A program made the translations under genes and the position numbers. Positions 30,574 to 40,254 of a stretch of DNA of 64,000 nt are shown here, in pieces; positions within the stretch are counted from its first letter, which is position 1, and each line of letters starts with the position of its first letter. The notes beneath the pieces are model-generated. The model made no database searches, was not told the DNA's origin, and saw nothing but the letters and a program-made list of their open reading frames with translations. The stretch is from an uncultured Planctomycetia bacterium. Lineage in GTDB: Bacteria > Omnitrophota > Gorgyraeia > 2-02-FULL-51-18. The stretch covers positions 181,541 through 245,540 of the forward strand of contig CAZXLF010000001.1 in the NCBI GenBank assembly GCA_964642015.1, written 5' to 3'.

Positions 30574-31344
30574 ATGGCACAGATCAATAATTTAACGGTA
30601 TGGCAGCTTATTTTGCTGCGGCTTATCGTGGCGGTTTCGATGGCCGGTTTGGGGTCGGTGCTGGCGATCAGCTTTAAGAAAATAAGCCATCATGGTCTCT
30701 GTGTTTTGATTTCATTTGCTGCGGGCGCGCTTTTAGCCGTAAGTCTTTTGGATATTGTCCCCGAGACCGTCAAGCTTGTCGGTTGGTTAGGCGGCGGCTT
30801 AAGCCTTTTGTCAGGTTATGTGCTTTTCTTTTTTGTAACGAAGTTTATTTTCCATATTTGCCCTGCGTGTGCAGCCACCCATACTGAGATTAACTTTAAA
30901 GCTATTACGATCGCGATGGTCACCGCACTTTCGATCCACAGTTTTATGGATGGCTTGGCGATTTATAGCGGCTATTTGACCAAATCGCTTGTCGGCATGC
31001 TGATATTTTTTGCAGTAGCTTATCATAAGTTGCCGGAAGGGATGGCGCTGACTTTAGTCGCGCGTGGCTCGGGCATGAGCCGTTTCAAATCTTTTGCTGT
31101 TTGCGTCGGACTGGAAAGCACAACGACCTTGGCTGGAGGACTGGTGGGATTTTTCATGATGATCCCTGATTCCGCTAAATGGGTCGGTTATGTTTTGGGG
31201 CATGTGGGCGGCGGATTTATTTTTTTAGTCATACACGCTTTGCTTAGTGAAGTGATAAAGCATCACCCAAGGTCAACCATCTTCGCGGCTTTAGCGGGAT
31301 GTGCGTCTATAGTGGCTCTGGGCTACTTGATCGGGCCGCATTAA
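30574..31344 (+). CDS. ZIP family metal transporter
   Basis: FAAGALL, IHSFMDGLAI, AYHKLPEG; multiple TM segments. Confidence 0.88.
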   Translation: MAQINNLTVWQLILLRLIVAVSMAGLGSVLAISFKKISHHGLCVLISFAAGALLAVSLLDIVPETVKLVGWLGGGLSLLSGYVLFFFVTKFIFHICPACAATHTEINFKAITIAMVTALSIHSFMDGLAIYSGYLTKSLVGMLIFFAVAYHKLPEGMALTLVARGSGMSRFKSFAVCVGLESTTTLAGGLVGFFMMIPDSAKWVGYVLGHVGGGFIFLVIHALLSEVIKHHPRSTIFAALAGCASIVALGYLIGPH

Positions 31345-31360
31345 TCGGCTTGATAGCATT

Positions 31361-31389
31361 TTGAATTGAACACCTGTTTGTGTTATATT
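31361..31389 (+). promoter_or_regulatory. sigma70-type promoter of the tRNA pair
   Basis: TTGAAT-N17-TATATT with an extended TG, 13 bp before tRNA-Ala. Confidence 0.6.
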
Positions 31390-31402
31390 TAGGCAAATTT
31401 TC

Positions 31403-31475
31403 GGGCCTGTAGCTCAGCTGGTAGAGCGCCTCAATGGCATTGAGGAGGCCAGCGGTTCGACCCCGCTCAGGTCCA
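31403..31475 (+). tRNA. tRNA-Ala(GGC)
   Basis: Cloverleaf: acceptor GGGCCTG/CAGGTCC, D arm GCTC/GAGC, anticodon arm CCTCA-ATGGCAT-TGAGG, T arm AGCGG-TTCGACC-CCGCT; CCA not encoded. Confidence 0.96.
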
Positions 31476-31630
31476 CGGTTTTTTATAAATGCTATTTGAA
31501 CGGAGTCGAAGAGAGCTTCGCGCCGCCAGTGGCGGAAAAGCGCGTACTCGCGCGTCAGCGAAGCGAATGGCCGACCTGAAGCAGCGACCTTTAGATCGCT
31601 GCGGAAGGCGCCGACCCCGCTCAGGTCCAC
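31458..31630 (+). repeat. tRNA-Ala 3'-end duplication enclosing structured element A
   Basis: 19-bp direct repeat CGACCCCGCTCAGGTCCAC at 31458-31476 and 31612-31630. Confidence 0.9.
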
Positions 31631-31638
31631 CAAAATTT

Positions 31639-31667
31639 GCCCGCCACTAAAACATTGGCGGGCCTTT
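31639..31667 (+). terminator. GC-rich hairpin between the tRNA units (terminator or processing signal)
   Basis: GCCCGCCA-N9-TGGCGGGC followed by CTTT. Confidence 0.4.
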
Positions 31668-31668
31668 G

Positions 31669-31752
31669 GCCGAAGTGGCGGAATTGGCATACGCGTCGGT
31701 CTCAAAAACCGATCCTCTCACGAGGTTGAGGGTTCGACTCCCTCCTTCGGCA
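31669..31752 (+). tRNA. tRNA-Leu(CAA)
   Basis: Acceptor GCCGAAG/CTTCGGC, anticodon arm TCGGT-CTCAAAA-ACCGA, long variable arm, T arm GAGGG-TTCGACT-CCCTC. Confidence 0.96.
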
Positions 31753-31891
31753 CTGATTTTTAAAAATAAAAAACATGAAGGAGTCGAAGAGAGCCGCAAG
31801 TTTATGAGCTGCGAACAGCAGTGAATGCGGCGAGTGGCCGACCCTGAAGCGAAGCGAAAGGGCGCCGACTCCCTCCTTCGGCACTGATTTT
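31735..31891 (+). repeat. tRNA-Leu 3'-end duplication enclosing structured element B
   Basis: 26-bp direct repeat CGACTCCCTCCTTCGGCACTGATTTT at 31735-31760 and 31866-31891. Confidence 0.9.
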
Positions 31892-32007
31892 GTCGGCAGA
31901 GATCCATCTGCGTCGTTGCTCGGTCGCTCGCTTGTGCGACGCTATTATCTCATAGCGTCTCCGCGCTTGCTTACTCACGCCTTGCATCTGGACCCCTGGC
32001 AACAAAA
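31888..32007. repeat. ~120-bp imperfect palindrome (REP/MITE-like)
   Basis: Terminal imperfect inverted repeats TTTTGTCGGCAGAGATCCA / TGGACCCCTGGCAACAAAA; central hairpin GACGCTAT-N6-ATAGCGTC. Confidence 0.65.
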
Positions 32008-32058
32008 ACATTTTTATCCTAATGTTAAACAAGGATCAGGCTCAGGTTTTAACACATC

Positions 32059-32871
32059 ATGTCGCACAAAACAAAGATCATCCACCTCATTTCTGATTCT
32101 ACAGGCGAATTGGGCGAGCGCTTCACCAATGCGCTTGTGACGCAGTTTCCCGACGATAAGATCATCCTGAAGAAATTTAATTTTGTCGAAGACGAGGCGG
32201 AATTAAAGAAGGTCTTTTCGAAGATCTCTGATCACGGCAGCATCCTTTTTCATACGGTGATATCTAAGACGCTGAAGAGAAAGATCGAAACTTTTGGGCG
32301 CGGAAGACGCGTACCAACCTTCGATTTGACGGGTCCTCCGACGGATTTTATGATCAAATATCTGAATGTCAAGCCGGACTGGAATATTCAGTCGATCCAT
32401 AAAATAAATGAGGATTACAACCGGCGCATCGACGCGATAGAGTTTACGATCAATCACGATGACGGTGCCGGCGGCTCGACGCTCAAGCGCGCCGATGCGA
32501 TCCTCGTGGGGCCGTCGCGCACATCTAAGACGCCGACGAGCATTTATTTGGCGATCAAAGGGTATCGCGTGGCAAATGTCCCGATCGTGCCTGTTGTTGA
32601 TATTCCGAAAGAACTCGAAAAATTAAAAGGTGATCCGCGGGTCATCGGTTTTGTGATCGTGCCGGCTAAGCTTCAAGAGGTCCGGATAAAAAGAGTAGCC
32701 GAGCTTGGAAGCAATCCGGAAGGATATACGGATCTCCATGAGATCTCGAAAGAAATGAATTGGGCAAAAAAAGTCTATGAAAAATATCAATGGGATACTA
32801 TCGAGATCACGGGTCGCGCGATCGAAGAAACCGCAGCTCTGATCATGAAAAAAATAAAGAAGGAAAAATAA
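32059..32871 (+). CDS. PEP synthase / PPDK regulatory kinase-pyrophosphorylase (DUF299)
   Basis: [42 protein letters not shown]. Confidence 0.92.
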   Translation: MSHKTKIIHLISDSTGELGERFTNALVTQFPDDKIILKKFNFVEDEAELKKVFSKISDHGSILFHTVISKTLKRKIETFGRGRRVPTFDLTGPPTDFMIKYLNVKPDWNIQSIHKINEDYNRRIDAIEFTINHDDGAGGSTLKRADAILVGPSRTSKTPTSIYLAIKGYRVANVPIVPVVDIPKELEKLKGDPRVIGFVIVPAKLQEVRIKRVAELGSNPEGYTDLHEISKEMNWAKKVYEKYQWDTIEITGRAIEETAALIMKKIKKEK

Positions 32872-32872
32872 A

Positions 32873-35326
32873 TTGCCGGAGCCGCTATACCCATTCCAAG
32901 AAATAGAACTTAAGTGGCAGAAATGTTGGCAGGATCACAAGATCTTTAAAGCCTTAGATCCTGATCAGGCTAAGTCCAAAAAGAAACTCTATGTTCTTGA
33001 TATGTTCCCTTATCCTTCAGGATCAGGACTTCATGTCGGTCATCCCGAAGGTTATACGGCTACCGATATTTATTCGCGTTTCAAGCGTATGCAGGGATTC
33101 AACGTGCTTCATCCGATGGGATGGGACGCGTTCGGCCTTCCGGCCGAGCAGTATGCGATAGAAACCGGTACACATCCGGCTGTTACCACTCAAAAAAATA
33201 TCCAGACATTCAAACGCCAGATCCAGCGGCTCGGTCTGAGCTACGATTGGGACAGGGAAGTCGACACGACGGATCCCGATTATGTGCGGTGGACGCAGTG
33301 GATCTTTCTGCAACTTTATAAAAAAGGACTCGCGTATCTGGCCGAAGTGCCGGTCTGGTGGTGTGAAGCGCTCGGTTGTGTCCTTGCGAACGAAGAAGTG
33401 GTCGATGGAAAATCCGAACGCGGCGGACATCCGGTCGTGCGCCGCCCGATGAAGCAATGGATGCTCAAGATCACCGCTTATGCGGATGAGCTTCTCGAAG
33501 ATCTCAAGCTTGTGGATTGGACCGAATCCATCAAGGAAATGCAGAAGAATTGGATCGGGCGCAGTGAAGGTGCGGAGGTTATTTTTAAAGTTGCGGCCGG
33601 CACAGTGAACAGGGAAGAGATCAAGGTTTTTACAACGAGGCCCGATACACTTTTTGGCGCTACTTACATGGTTTTATCTCCCGAACACGTGCTCGTTTCA
33701 AAGATTACCACGGCTGAAAATAAAAAAGCCGTCGAAGATTATCAGAAAAAATCCGCTTCCAAAAGCGAGCTTGAAAGGACCGAGCTTTCAAAAGAAAAGA
33801 CAGGTGTTTTTACAGGTGCATACGCCGTAAATCCCGTGAATCAGGAAAAAATTCCCATTTGGATCGCCGATTATGTTTTGGCGAGCTATGGCACCGGAGC
33901 GATCATGGCCGTGCCGGCGCATGATGAACGGGATTATGAATTCGCTAAAAAATTTGGTTTAAAGATAGTAGAAGTTGTTTCCGGCGGAGATATTTCCAAA
34001 GAAGCTTATATCGGTGACGGTAAAAGCGTGAATAGCGGACCTATTTCAGGACTGTCTACTCCCGAAGCCAAAAGAAAGATCACCGAATGGCTCGAAAAAG
34101 AGAAACTCGGCAAGAAAGCCGTCAATTATAAACTCCGTGACTGGCTTTTTTCTCGTCAACGTTATTGGGGAGAGCCGATCCCGATCGTTCACTGCGCAAA
34201 ATGCGGGATGCTACCAGTTCCTGAAAATGAATTGCCGCTCCGCTTGCCTGAAATGAAAGATTTTAAGCCAAGCGGTAACGCCGAGCCGCCTTTGGCAAAA
34301 GCTAAAGATTGGGTCAATACAAAATGTCCCAAATGTAGCGGGCCGGCCCAGCGCGAGACGAACACGATGCCTCAGTGGGCGGGTTCGTGCTGGTATTATC
34401 TGCGATATATCGATCCGAAGAACAAAGAAAAATTCTGCGATCCATCGAAAGAAAAATATTTCATGCCGGTCGATCTTTATGTAGGCGGAGCGGAACATGC
34501 AGTGCTCCATCTTCTTTATTCAAGATTTTGGCACAAGGTGCTTTACGATCTGGGATTCGTTTCCACCAAAGAACCTTTCACGAAGCTGGTGAACCAGGGA
34601 ATGATCTTGGGCGAAGACGGACAAAAAATGTCGAAGTCGCGCGGCAACGTGATCAATCCCGATTTTGTCGTCGAAAATTACGGCGCAGACAGCACGCGGC
34701 TTTATGAGATGTTCATGGGACCGCTTACGCAGATGAAAGCGTGGTCGATGAAAGGCGTTGAAGGAGTTTACCGGTTTTTGGGTAGAGTTTGGCGTTATTA
34801 TATCGATCAAAATGGCCAATTAAATTTAATGGTAGATGCTGTCAAATTACCTGATGATCTTGCAAAAGCATTGCATAGAACTATAAAAAAAGTCACAGAG
34901 GACATAGACGAATTGCAGTTTAATACGGCTATTTCTTCCTTAATGATTTTGCTTAACTCCATGACTGCAGAATCAAAAAAATACAGAGAGGTAGCCCGTC
35001 AATTTTTGCTTCTTCTTTCTCCTTTTGCACCGCATATAGTTGAAGAATTATGGAATAAAATGCACGAAACAAATGATGTTTATTCTTTGGCATTTGAAAA
35101 ATGGCCAAAGGCCGATCCCAAATATTTGGTGGATGATTTGGTGGAAATACCCATTATGATTAACGGAAAAGTTAAATCAAAGATAGAAATTTCTCCAGAT
35201 TGGCTTGAGTCCCAAGTAGAAAATCGCGTAATGCAAGACGAAAAAGTGATCGCGGCGCTTGCCGGTAAAAAGATCACGCAGAAAAAATACGTCCCCAAAA
35301 AGATCTACACGATCGCGGTTTCCTGA
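32873..35326 (+). CDS. leuS: leucine--tRNA ligase
   Basis: [45 protein letters not shown]. Confidence 0.97.
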   Translation: MPEPLYPFQEIELKWQKCWQDHKIFKALDPDQAKSKKKLYVLDMFPYPSGSGLHVGHPEGYTATDIYSRFKRMQGFNVLHPMGWDAFGLPAEQYAIETGTHPAVTTQKNIQTFKRQIQRLGLSYDWDREVDTTDPDYVRWTQWIFLQLYKKGLAYLAEVPVWWCEALGCVLANEEVVDGKSERGGHPVVRRPMKQWMLKITAYADELLEDLKLVDWTESIKEMQKNWIGRSEGAEVIFKVAAGTVNREEIKVFTTRPDTLFGATYMVLSPEHVLVSKITTAENKKAVEDYQKKSASKSELERTELSKEKTGVFTGAYAVNPVNQEKIPIWIADYVLASYGTGAIMAVPAHDERDYEFAKKFGLKIVEVVSGGDISKEAYIGDGKSVNSGPISGLSTPEAKRKITEWLEKEKLGKKAVNYKLRDWLFSRQRYWGEPIPIVHCAKCGMLPVPENELPLRLPEMKDFKPSGNAEPPLAKAKDWVNTKCPKCSGPAQRETNTMPQWAGSCWYYLRYIDPKNKEKFCDPSKEKYFMPVDLYVGGAEHAVLHLLYSRFWHKVLYDLGFVSTKEPFTKLVNQGMILGEDGQKMSKSRGNVINPDFVVENYGADSTRLYEMFMGPLTQMKAWSMKGVEGVYRFLGRVWRYYIDQNGQLNLMVDAVKLPDDLAKALHRTIKKVTEDIDELQFNTAISSLMILLNSMTAESKKYREVARQFLLLLSPFAPHIVEELWNKMHETNDVYSLAFEKWPKADPKYLVDDLVEIPIMINGKVKSKIEISPDWLESQVENRVMQDEKVIAALAGKKITQKKYVPKKIYTIAVS

Positions 35327-35327
35327 T

Positions 35328-35465
35328 ATGACACTTTATGAACGCAAAGCACTCATCGCTCTTTCTGTGATCTCGATCTTTTTGTTGATCGCGAATACTT
35401 ATTTTTACGTGAAGCACCAAGCGCATCTCAGCATTATCCAATCTCCTGCGCCCTCGATGAAGTGA
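35328..35465 (+). CDS. 45-aa single-TM peptide (possible ComEA N-terminal remnant)
   Basis: MTLYERKALIALSVISIFLLIANTYFYVK...; fills the gap between leuS and comEC and overlaps the comEC start. Confidence 0.45.
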   Translation: MTLYERKALIALSVISIFLLIANTYFYVKHQAHLSIIQSPAPSMK

Positions 35466-37750
35466 TCCCGGGCTCGGTCCGCAGGCGGCCGCTCTTTTTT
35501 GCGGCGCTTTTGTTTTCTGCGGTGATCCTTGTTCAAAATCAATTTCCTGAAAAGATCCCGTCATCTGAAGTTTCTTCGCACATTTCTGATACGCCCATTT
35601 TCCTTAAAGGCATAATTAAATCCGAAGTTGAAACACGCGAGACTTCCTACGGTAGTCATTCTGTCTCTTTTGACCTCAAGGCTTTAGAAATTTGTAAAAA
35701 TGAGGGTGATTTCCCGACAGTAGTTTCAGGGAACGTCAAAGTTTACTTAAGAGATTCGGATAAAGAATTGAATTATGGCGATGAAGTCTTGATGAAGGGT
35801 GAATTGGCTGCTCCGAAGGGCGTGCGTAATCCCGGCGGTTTTGATCAAAAAATGTATCTGGAAGAACGTGGGATTCGGTCGCTTTTTTACGCAGACCATC
35901 ATACGCAGCCAAAGATCCTCCGTTCTGGAGAAGGAAATTATTTTCAGGAACGCATGATCGATCTGAAACGTTTCATGTCAAAGACCCTCTCAGATTCGTT
36001 CAATAAACGCGACGCCGCTTTTCTTAAAGCGCTCTTCCTGGGAGAGCGGATCAGCCTGGATGAGGATTTTAAGGATCTTTTCATCAAGACCGGCACGATG
36101 CACATTTTGGCTGTCAGCGGATTTAATATCGGTTTTTTAAGTTTGACGCTTTTCTTTTTGCTTAAGCCGTTCAAATTATCGAGGATCTTTAAGCTTTGGC
36201 TCACGCTCATCCTGGTGTGGCTGTATTGTTTTTTGGTCGGATGGCAATCACCGGTCGTGCGCGCGTCGGTCATGGCGACGATCCTGATCGGCGGGCAGAT
36301 ATTGGGACGTAAGCCGAATATATTGAATTCATTGGGATTGGCAGCGCTGGTGATTCTAGGAATAAACCGCAAAGAGCTATTTGATGTCGGCTTTCAGCTT
36401 TCGTTCGTGGCGGTGTTCGCGATCGCGGAAATACTTCCAATATTTCTCAAAGATGTCGAGCTTTGGCCGAATGAAAAAATGACTTGGAAAGAAAAATTTC
36501 TGAGACAATCAAAAGAACTTTTTTGGGTATCATGGGTGTGCGTACTGGCCACACTTCCCATTACCGTACAGAATTTTTATATTGTCACACCGCTATCATT
36601 GGCCGCGAATATGATCGTAGTCCCTTTGTCATTCTTTATTTTCTTTTTGGGTGTTATTTTCTTTCTTACGTTCTGGTGGATGCCGAAGTTCTTATTTTTC
36701 ATTCCGCTCATCATCAGTTTGATGATGAAAGTATTTGTAGCGTCACTTTTTATCATTGAGAATTTTCCCGGCGCTTTCTTTGTTGTGGGGAAGCTGTATC
36801 CGGTTTTTTTGGTTTTGCTCATTACCGGGCTGGTTTATTTTCTGTGGGACAGAAAGATCAAATCCATTCGTATCCGGTCGATAGTTCTTTTCTTGTTTAT
36901 CCTTAACATATTCCTCGCTCAGAGCATTTTTAGGGAATTCAACCGGACATTCCGGATGACTGTCTTGGACGTAGGCCAAGGCGATTCAATTTACTTTGAA
37001 TTTCCGAACGGCGGAAATCTTTTAATGGACGCCGGTAAAGGCGGTGATGGCGACAAAGGAAGATGGGTGGTCACGCCTTTTCTGAGGTCTAAAGGAGTGA
37101 GCGCGATCGACGCGCTTGTGATGAGCCATCCGCAGGAAGATCATATCGGCGGCATGCCGACGCTTTTCGATGAATTTAAGATAAAAAATGTTTTTGACGG
37201 AGGCAGTCGATACGATTCGAAAACGTTCGCGCTTTTAAAAGAAAAAATATTGAAAGAACGAGCAACATATTTTCATACGCATCGAGAAGAAAATATAGAA
37301 GGTTTTCCCGACGTTCAAATAAAAGTTCTTAATCCTGCTGAACATGAAACGCAAGACCGGAACGTGAATAATGAATGTGTCGTGCTGAAGATTATTTATA
37401 AAGATACAAGTTTCCTTTTGACCGGAGACATTGAAGGAAAAGCGATGAATAACATTCTGAATAGCGGCGAAAATGTAAAGGCAGAGGTTTTGAAAGTGCC
37501 TCATCACGGTTCGAAACTGGGCTTGGAAGGGGAAAGCTTCGTCAAAGAAGTAAGCCCGAGGATAAGCGTCATTAGCGTCGGAGAAAGAAATGCGTTCCAT
37601 CATCCTTCCAAAAAGACGTTGGAAATTTTATCCTCAATCTCCGGAAACAAAATCTTCAGAACCGACCAAGATGATGCCATAGAGATAAAATCGAACGGCC
37701 ATGATCTGACGGCTCAGCGCTTCGTGGACAGCGCAAAGGCAGAGTGGTAA
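35462..37750 (+). CDS. comEC: DNA internalization competence protein ComEC/Rec2
   Basis: RNPGGFD, HILAVSGFN, DVGFQLSF, LDVGQGDS, SHPQEDHIGG, LKVPHHGS. Confidence 0.94.
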   Translation: MIPGSVRRRPLFFAALLFSAVILVQNQFPEKIPSSEVSSHISDTPIFLKGIIKSEVETRETSYGSHSVSFDLKALEICKNEGDFPTVVSGNVKVYLRDSDKELNYGDEVLMKGELAAPKGVRNPGGFDQKMYLEERGIRSLFYADHHTQPKILRSGEGNYFQERMIDLKRFMSKTLSDSFNKRDAAFLKALFLGERISLDEDFKDLFIKTGTMHILAVSGFNIGFLSLTLFFLLKPFKLSRIFKLWLTLILVWLYCFLVGWQSPVVRASVMATILIGGQILGRKPNILNSLGLAALVILGINRKELFDVGFQLSFVAVFAIAEILPIFLKDVELWPNEKMTWKEKFLRQSKELFWVSWVCVLATLPITVQNFYIVTPLSLAANMIVVPLSFFIFFLGVIFFLTFWWMPKFLFFIPLIISLMMKVFVASLFIIENFPGAFFVVGKLYPVFLVLLITGLVYFLWDRKIKSIRIRSIVLFLFILNIFLAQSIFREFNRTFRMTVLDVGQGDSIYFEFPNGGNLLMDAGKGGDGDKGRWVVTPFLRSKGVSAIDALVMSHPQEDHIGGMPTLFDEFKIKNVFDGGSRYDSKTFALLKEKILKERATYFHTHREENIEGFPDVQIKVLNPAEHETQDRNVNNECVVLKIIYKDTSFLLTGDIEGKAMNNILNSGENVKAEVLKVPHHGSKLGLEGESFVKEVSPRISVISVGERNAFHHPSKKTLEILSSISGNKIFRTDQDDAIEIKSNGHDLTAQRFVDSAKAEW

Positions 37751-37760
37751 AATTTTCAGA

Positions 37761-38582
37761 ATGAACCCGTTCAAGCAAGTCATATTGGCAACATTCTTAT
37801 TGCTAGTCTTAAGCCCGCTGCTTTTCGCCGATACCGTTTACCTTAAGAACGGAAGCCGCATGGACGGCGTGATCAATCGCGAAGACAAAGACGGTGTTGA
37901 GTTGGATCTTGGATACGGCACGACCACGTTCAGTCGCTCCGAGATCGACCATATTGAAAGATCTGACGCTGAAGGAACGCAAAAGATCTGGCAGACCTGG
38001 GGGGAAGAGCAGAAAGATATTCAAAACCGCATACCTGAAGAGCAGCAGAAATGGAGCAGGCGTCAACAGGAGATCGAACGTCTCCGGAAGGAACAGGAAC
38101 AGGCAAAAAGGGACAAAGATGAATACTCGCCTAAAGAACTACAAGTGGTTTCTAAAAATGGGTCGATGTTGGTCAAGGTCTTGATAAATGAAAAAACTGC
38201 GGCGACGCTGGTTTTCGATTCGGGAGCGAATGATGTCGTATTGACGCGACGGGTAGCACAGATGCTTGGTGTCGATCCGGATAATTTGCCAAAACAAACA
38301 GTGCAGGTTGCCGACGGCCGGATGGTGTCGCAAGGTTCCATGGTTCTTGAAAGCGTCAAACTTATAAACGCCGGTCCCGAGCCTGATGCCGGTAAAGCAT
38401 CTGTTATTGAGGTCAAAAATGTAAAAGCGGGCGTGGTCCTGGATGAGCAGCAAAAAGGCGGGTTGGAGGATGGGCTGCTTGGTATGTCATTCCTGAAAAA
38501 TTTTAAGTTCAATGCCGATTATAAAAGTAGTAAAATCACTTTCGAGAAATTAAAGGACGTAAATGCCAGCGAGCAAAGCTAA
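37761..38582 (+). CDS. exported retropepsin-like aspartyl protease
   Basis: Signal peptide, ADTVYLKNG domain, FDSGANDVVL, VADG, GLLGMSFL. Confidence 0.82.
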   Translation: MNPFKQVILATFLLLVLSPLLFADTVYLKNGSRMDGVINREDKDGVELDLGYGTTTFSRSEIDHIERSDAEGTQKIWQTWGEEQKDIQNRIPEEQQKWSRRQQEIERLRKEQEQAKRDKDEYSPKELQVVSKNGSMLVKVLINEKTAATLVFDSGANDVVLTRRVAQMLGVDPDNLPKQTVQVADGRMVSQGSMVLESVKLINAGPEPDAGKASVIEVKNVKAGVVLDEQQKGGLEDGLLGMSFLKNFKFNADYKSSKITFEKLKDVNASEQS

Positions 38583-40254
38583 GATATTAAGGGAACTTTT
38601 CAAGAGTCAGCCGATTGTCCGAATTGCCGGAGCTCACGATGGTTTGGGCGCGAAGCTTATAGAAAAAAACGGCTTTGACGGGGTTTGGGCCAGCGGTTTC
38701 GAAGTGTCCACTTCCTATGGCGTGCCGGATGCGAATATTTTGACGATGACCGAATATCATCATGCGGCATCGGTGATGAATGAAGTGTCTTTGCTTCCTG
38801 TGGTATGTGATTGCGATACCGGCTATGGCAATTCGTCCAACGTGATCCATATGGTAAAAAAATACGAAGCGTCGGGCCTTGCGGCGGTCGTGATCGAAGA
38901 TAAAAGATTTCCCAAGGTGAATAGTTTTATTCCCGGCCGGCAGGACCTGGCCAGTATGGAGGAATTCATGGGCAAGATCGAAGCGGCCAAAAATGCCCAG
39001 ATCGATCCGGCGTTCATGGTCTTCGCGCGCGTGGAAGCGCTGATCGCCGGATGGGGGATGGATGAAGCGCTGAAACGTGCATACGCATACGCCGAATCAG
39101 GCGCCGACGGCATCGTGATCCATTCCAATGCTTCAACGCCGGACGAAATATTTGAATTTTCCAAACGCTGGAAGGGATCGATACCTCTCGTAGCCATTCC
39201 CACCACTTATCATCAAGTGACCGCTAAAGAATTGGCGCGCCATGGGTTCAGGATGGTCATCTACGCCAATCAAGCGTTGCGTGCTTCGATCCGCGCAATG
39301 GACGAAGCGCTTTCAGCGATACGCGCTTTGGATTCTTCAGATGCGGTTGAAGACAAGATCACGCCTATGCGGGAGGTGTTTCATATTCAAGGCATGTTCC
39401 AGATGAAAGAAGATGAAAAGCGCTTTAGCAAGCAAGAAGAGATCCAAGCAGTGATCCCGGCAGCGGGCGATCATGCGGCGCAGTTGGGCCTGGGAGAGAT
39501 CTTGAAAGATAAACCGCTCTGCATGGTACCGATCGGGGGTAAGACGCTTGTTCAGCGTCAGGCAGATATGCTGCGCTCATGCGGAGTCAATGACATCTCT
39601 ATCGTCGGAGGATATCGAGGGGAGAAGATCCAGATCGATTCAGCGAACATCCTTTATAATTCTGATTTCAAGATCACGAACAACGCCTATTCGATCATGT
39701 TGGCCAGAGAATATTTCAAATCCAAATGTGTGATGGTATACGCCGACATCATTTTTGATCGACAGATCTTGGAACGTCTTTTAGAAAGTTCATATCCGAT
39801 AACGCTTGTGATCGACCGCGCGTACCAGAGCCTGCCTTTCAGAAAAAAGAATTTGGACCTAGTGATAGCTGAAGATACTTCCAAACAGGGCAATGGACGT
39901 AATTTAAAATTGAATCAGCACCGGCCGATATCGAAGATCGGAAAACTTGTCGATAAAGCCAAAGCCAATTATGAATTCATCGGCATGGCATTTTTCCGCG
40001 AGGAAGGATTACGGATCTTATCCGATTCCTGGGATCGGGCAATATCCAAGTTCAAGAACAAGCCCTTTTATGAGGCTCCCAGCGTGGACAAAGCGGATTT
40101 CACGGATCTGGTCCAATACATGATCGATCAGGGAGAGTCAATTTACGGTCTTGAGATCGAGCACGGCTGGTCTGAGATCCATTCGATCGAGGATCTGGAT
40201 CGTGTGAGTCAGCATTATAACGCTTCCGCGAAGACTTCATTCGCAAAATCATGA
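38563..40254 (+). CDS. pepM: phosphoenolpyruvate mutase fused to a C-terminal nucleotidyltransferase domain
   Basis: PepM signature EDKRFPKVNS, DCDTGYG, ARVEALIAG; C-terminal VIPAAG...DKPLCM...GY...YADII. Confidence 0.9.
   Translation: MPASKAKILRELFKSQPIVRIAGAHDGLGAKLIEKNGFDGVWASGFEVSTSYGVPDANILTMTEYHHAASVMNEVSLLPVVCDCDTGYGNSSNVIHMVKKYEASGLAAVVIEDKRFPKVNSFIPGRQDLASMEEFMGKIEAAKNAQIDPAFMVFARVEALIAGWGMDEALKRAYAYAESGADGIVIHSNASTPDEIFEFSKRWKGSIPLVAIPTTYHQVTAKELARHGFRMVIYANQALRASIRAMDEALSAIRALDSSDAVEDKITPMREVFHIQGMFQMKEDEKRFSKQEEIQAVIPAAGDHAAQLGLGEILKDKPLCMVPIGGKTLVQRQADMLRSCGVNDISIVGGYRGEKIQIDSANILYNSDFKITNNAYSIMLAREYFKSKCVMVYADIIFDRQILERLLESSYPITLVIDRAYQSLPFRKKNLDLVIAEDTSKQGNGRNLKLNQHRPISKIGKLVDKAKANYEFIGMAFFREEGLRILSDSWDRAISKFKNKPFYEAPSVDKADFTDLVQYMIDQGESIYGLEIEHGWSEIHSIEDLDRVSQHYNASAKTSFAKS

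Noticed and set aside
31502-31865. Hammerhead or HDV-like (theta) ribozyme identity for the tRNA-linked elements
   Set aside because: The core reads CTGAAGC rather than CTGANGA, copy A lacks GAAA, and the conserved part starts about 25 nt after the tRNA end; I could not build either fold by eye
31403-32007. CRISPR array
   Set aside because: The repeats are pairs of tRNA 3' ends with 105-135 bp related inserts, not a repeat-spacer series, and there are no cas genes
31307-32140. Short ORFs across the tRNA region
   Set aside because: They overlap tRNAs and palindromes and have no protein motifs
38563-40254. Isocitrate or methylisocitrate lyase
   Set aside because: It has EDKRFPKVNS rather than KKCGH/KRCGH, and lies next to phosphonopyruvate decarboxylase
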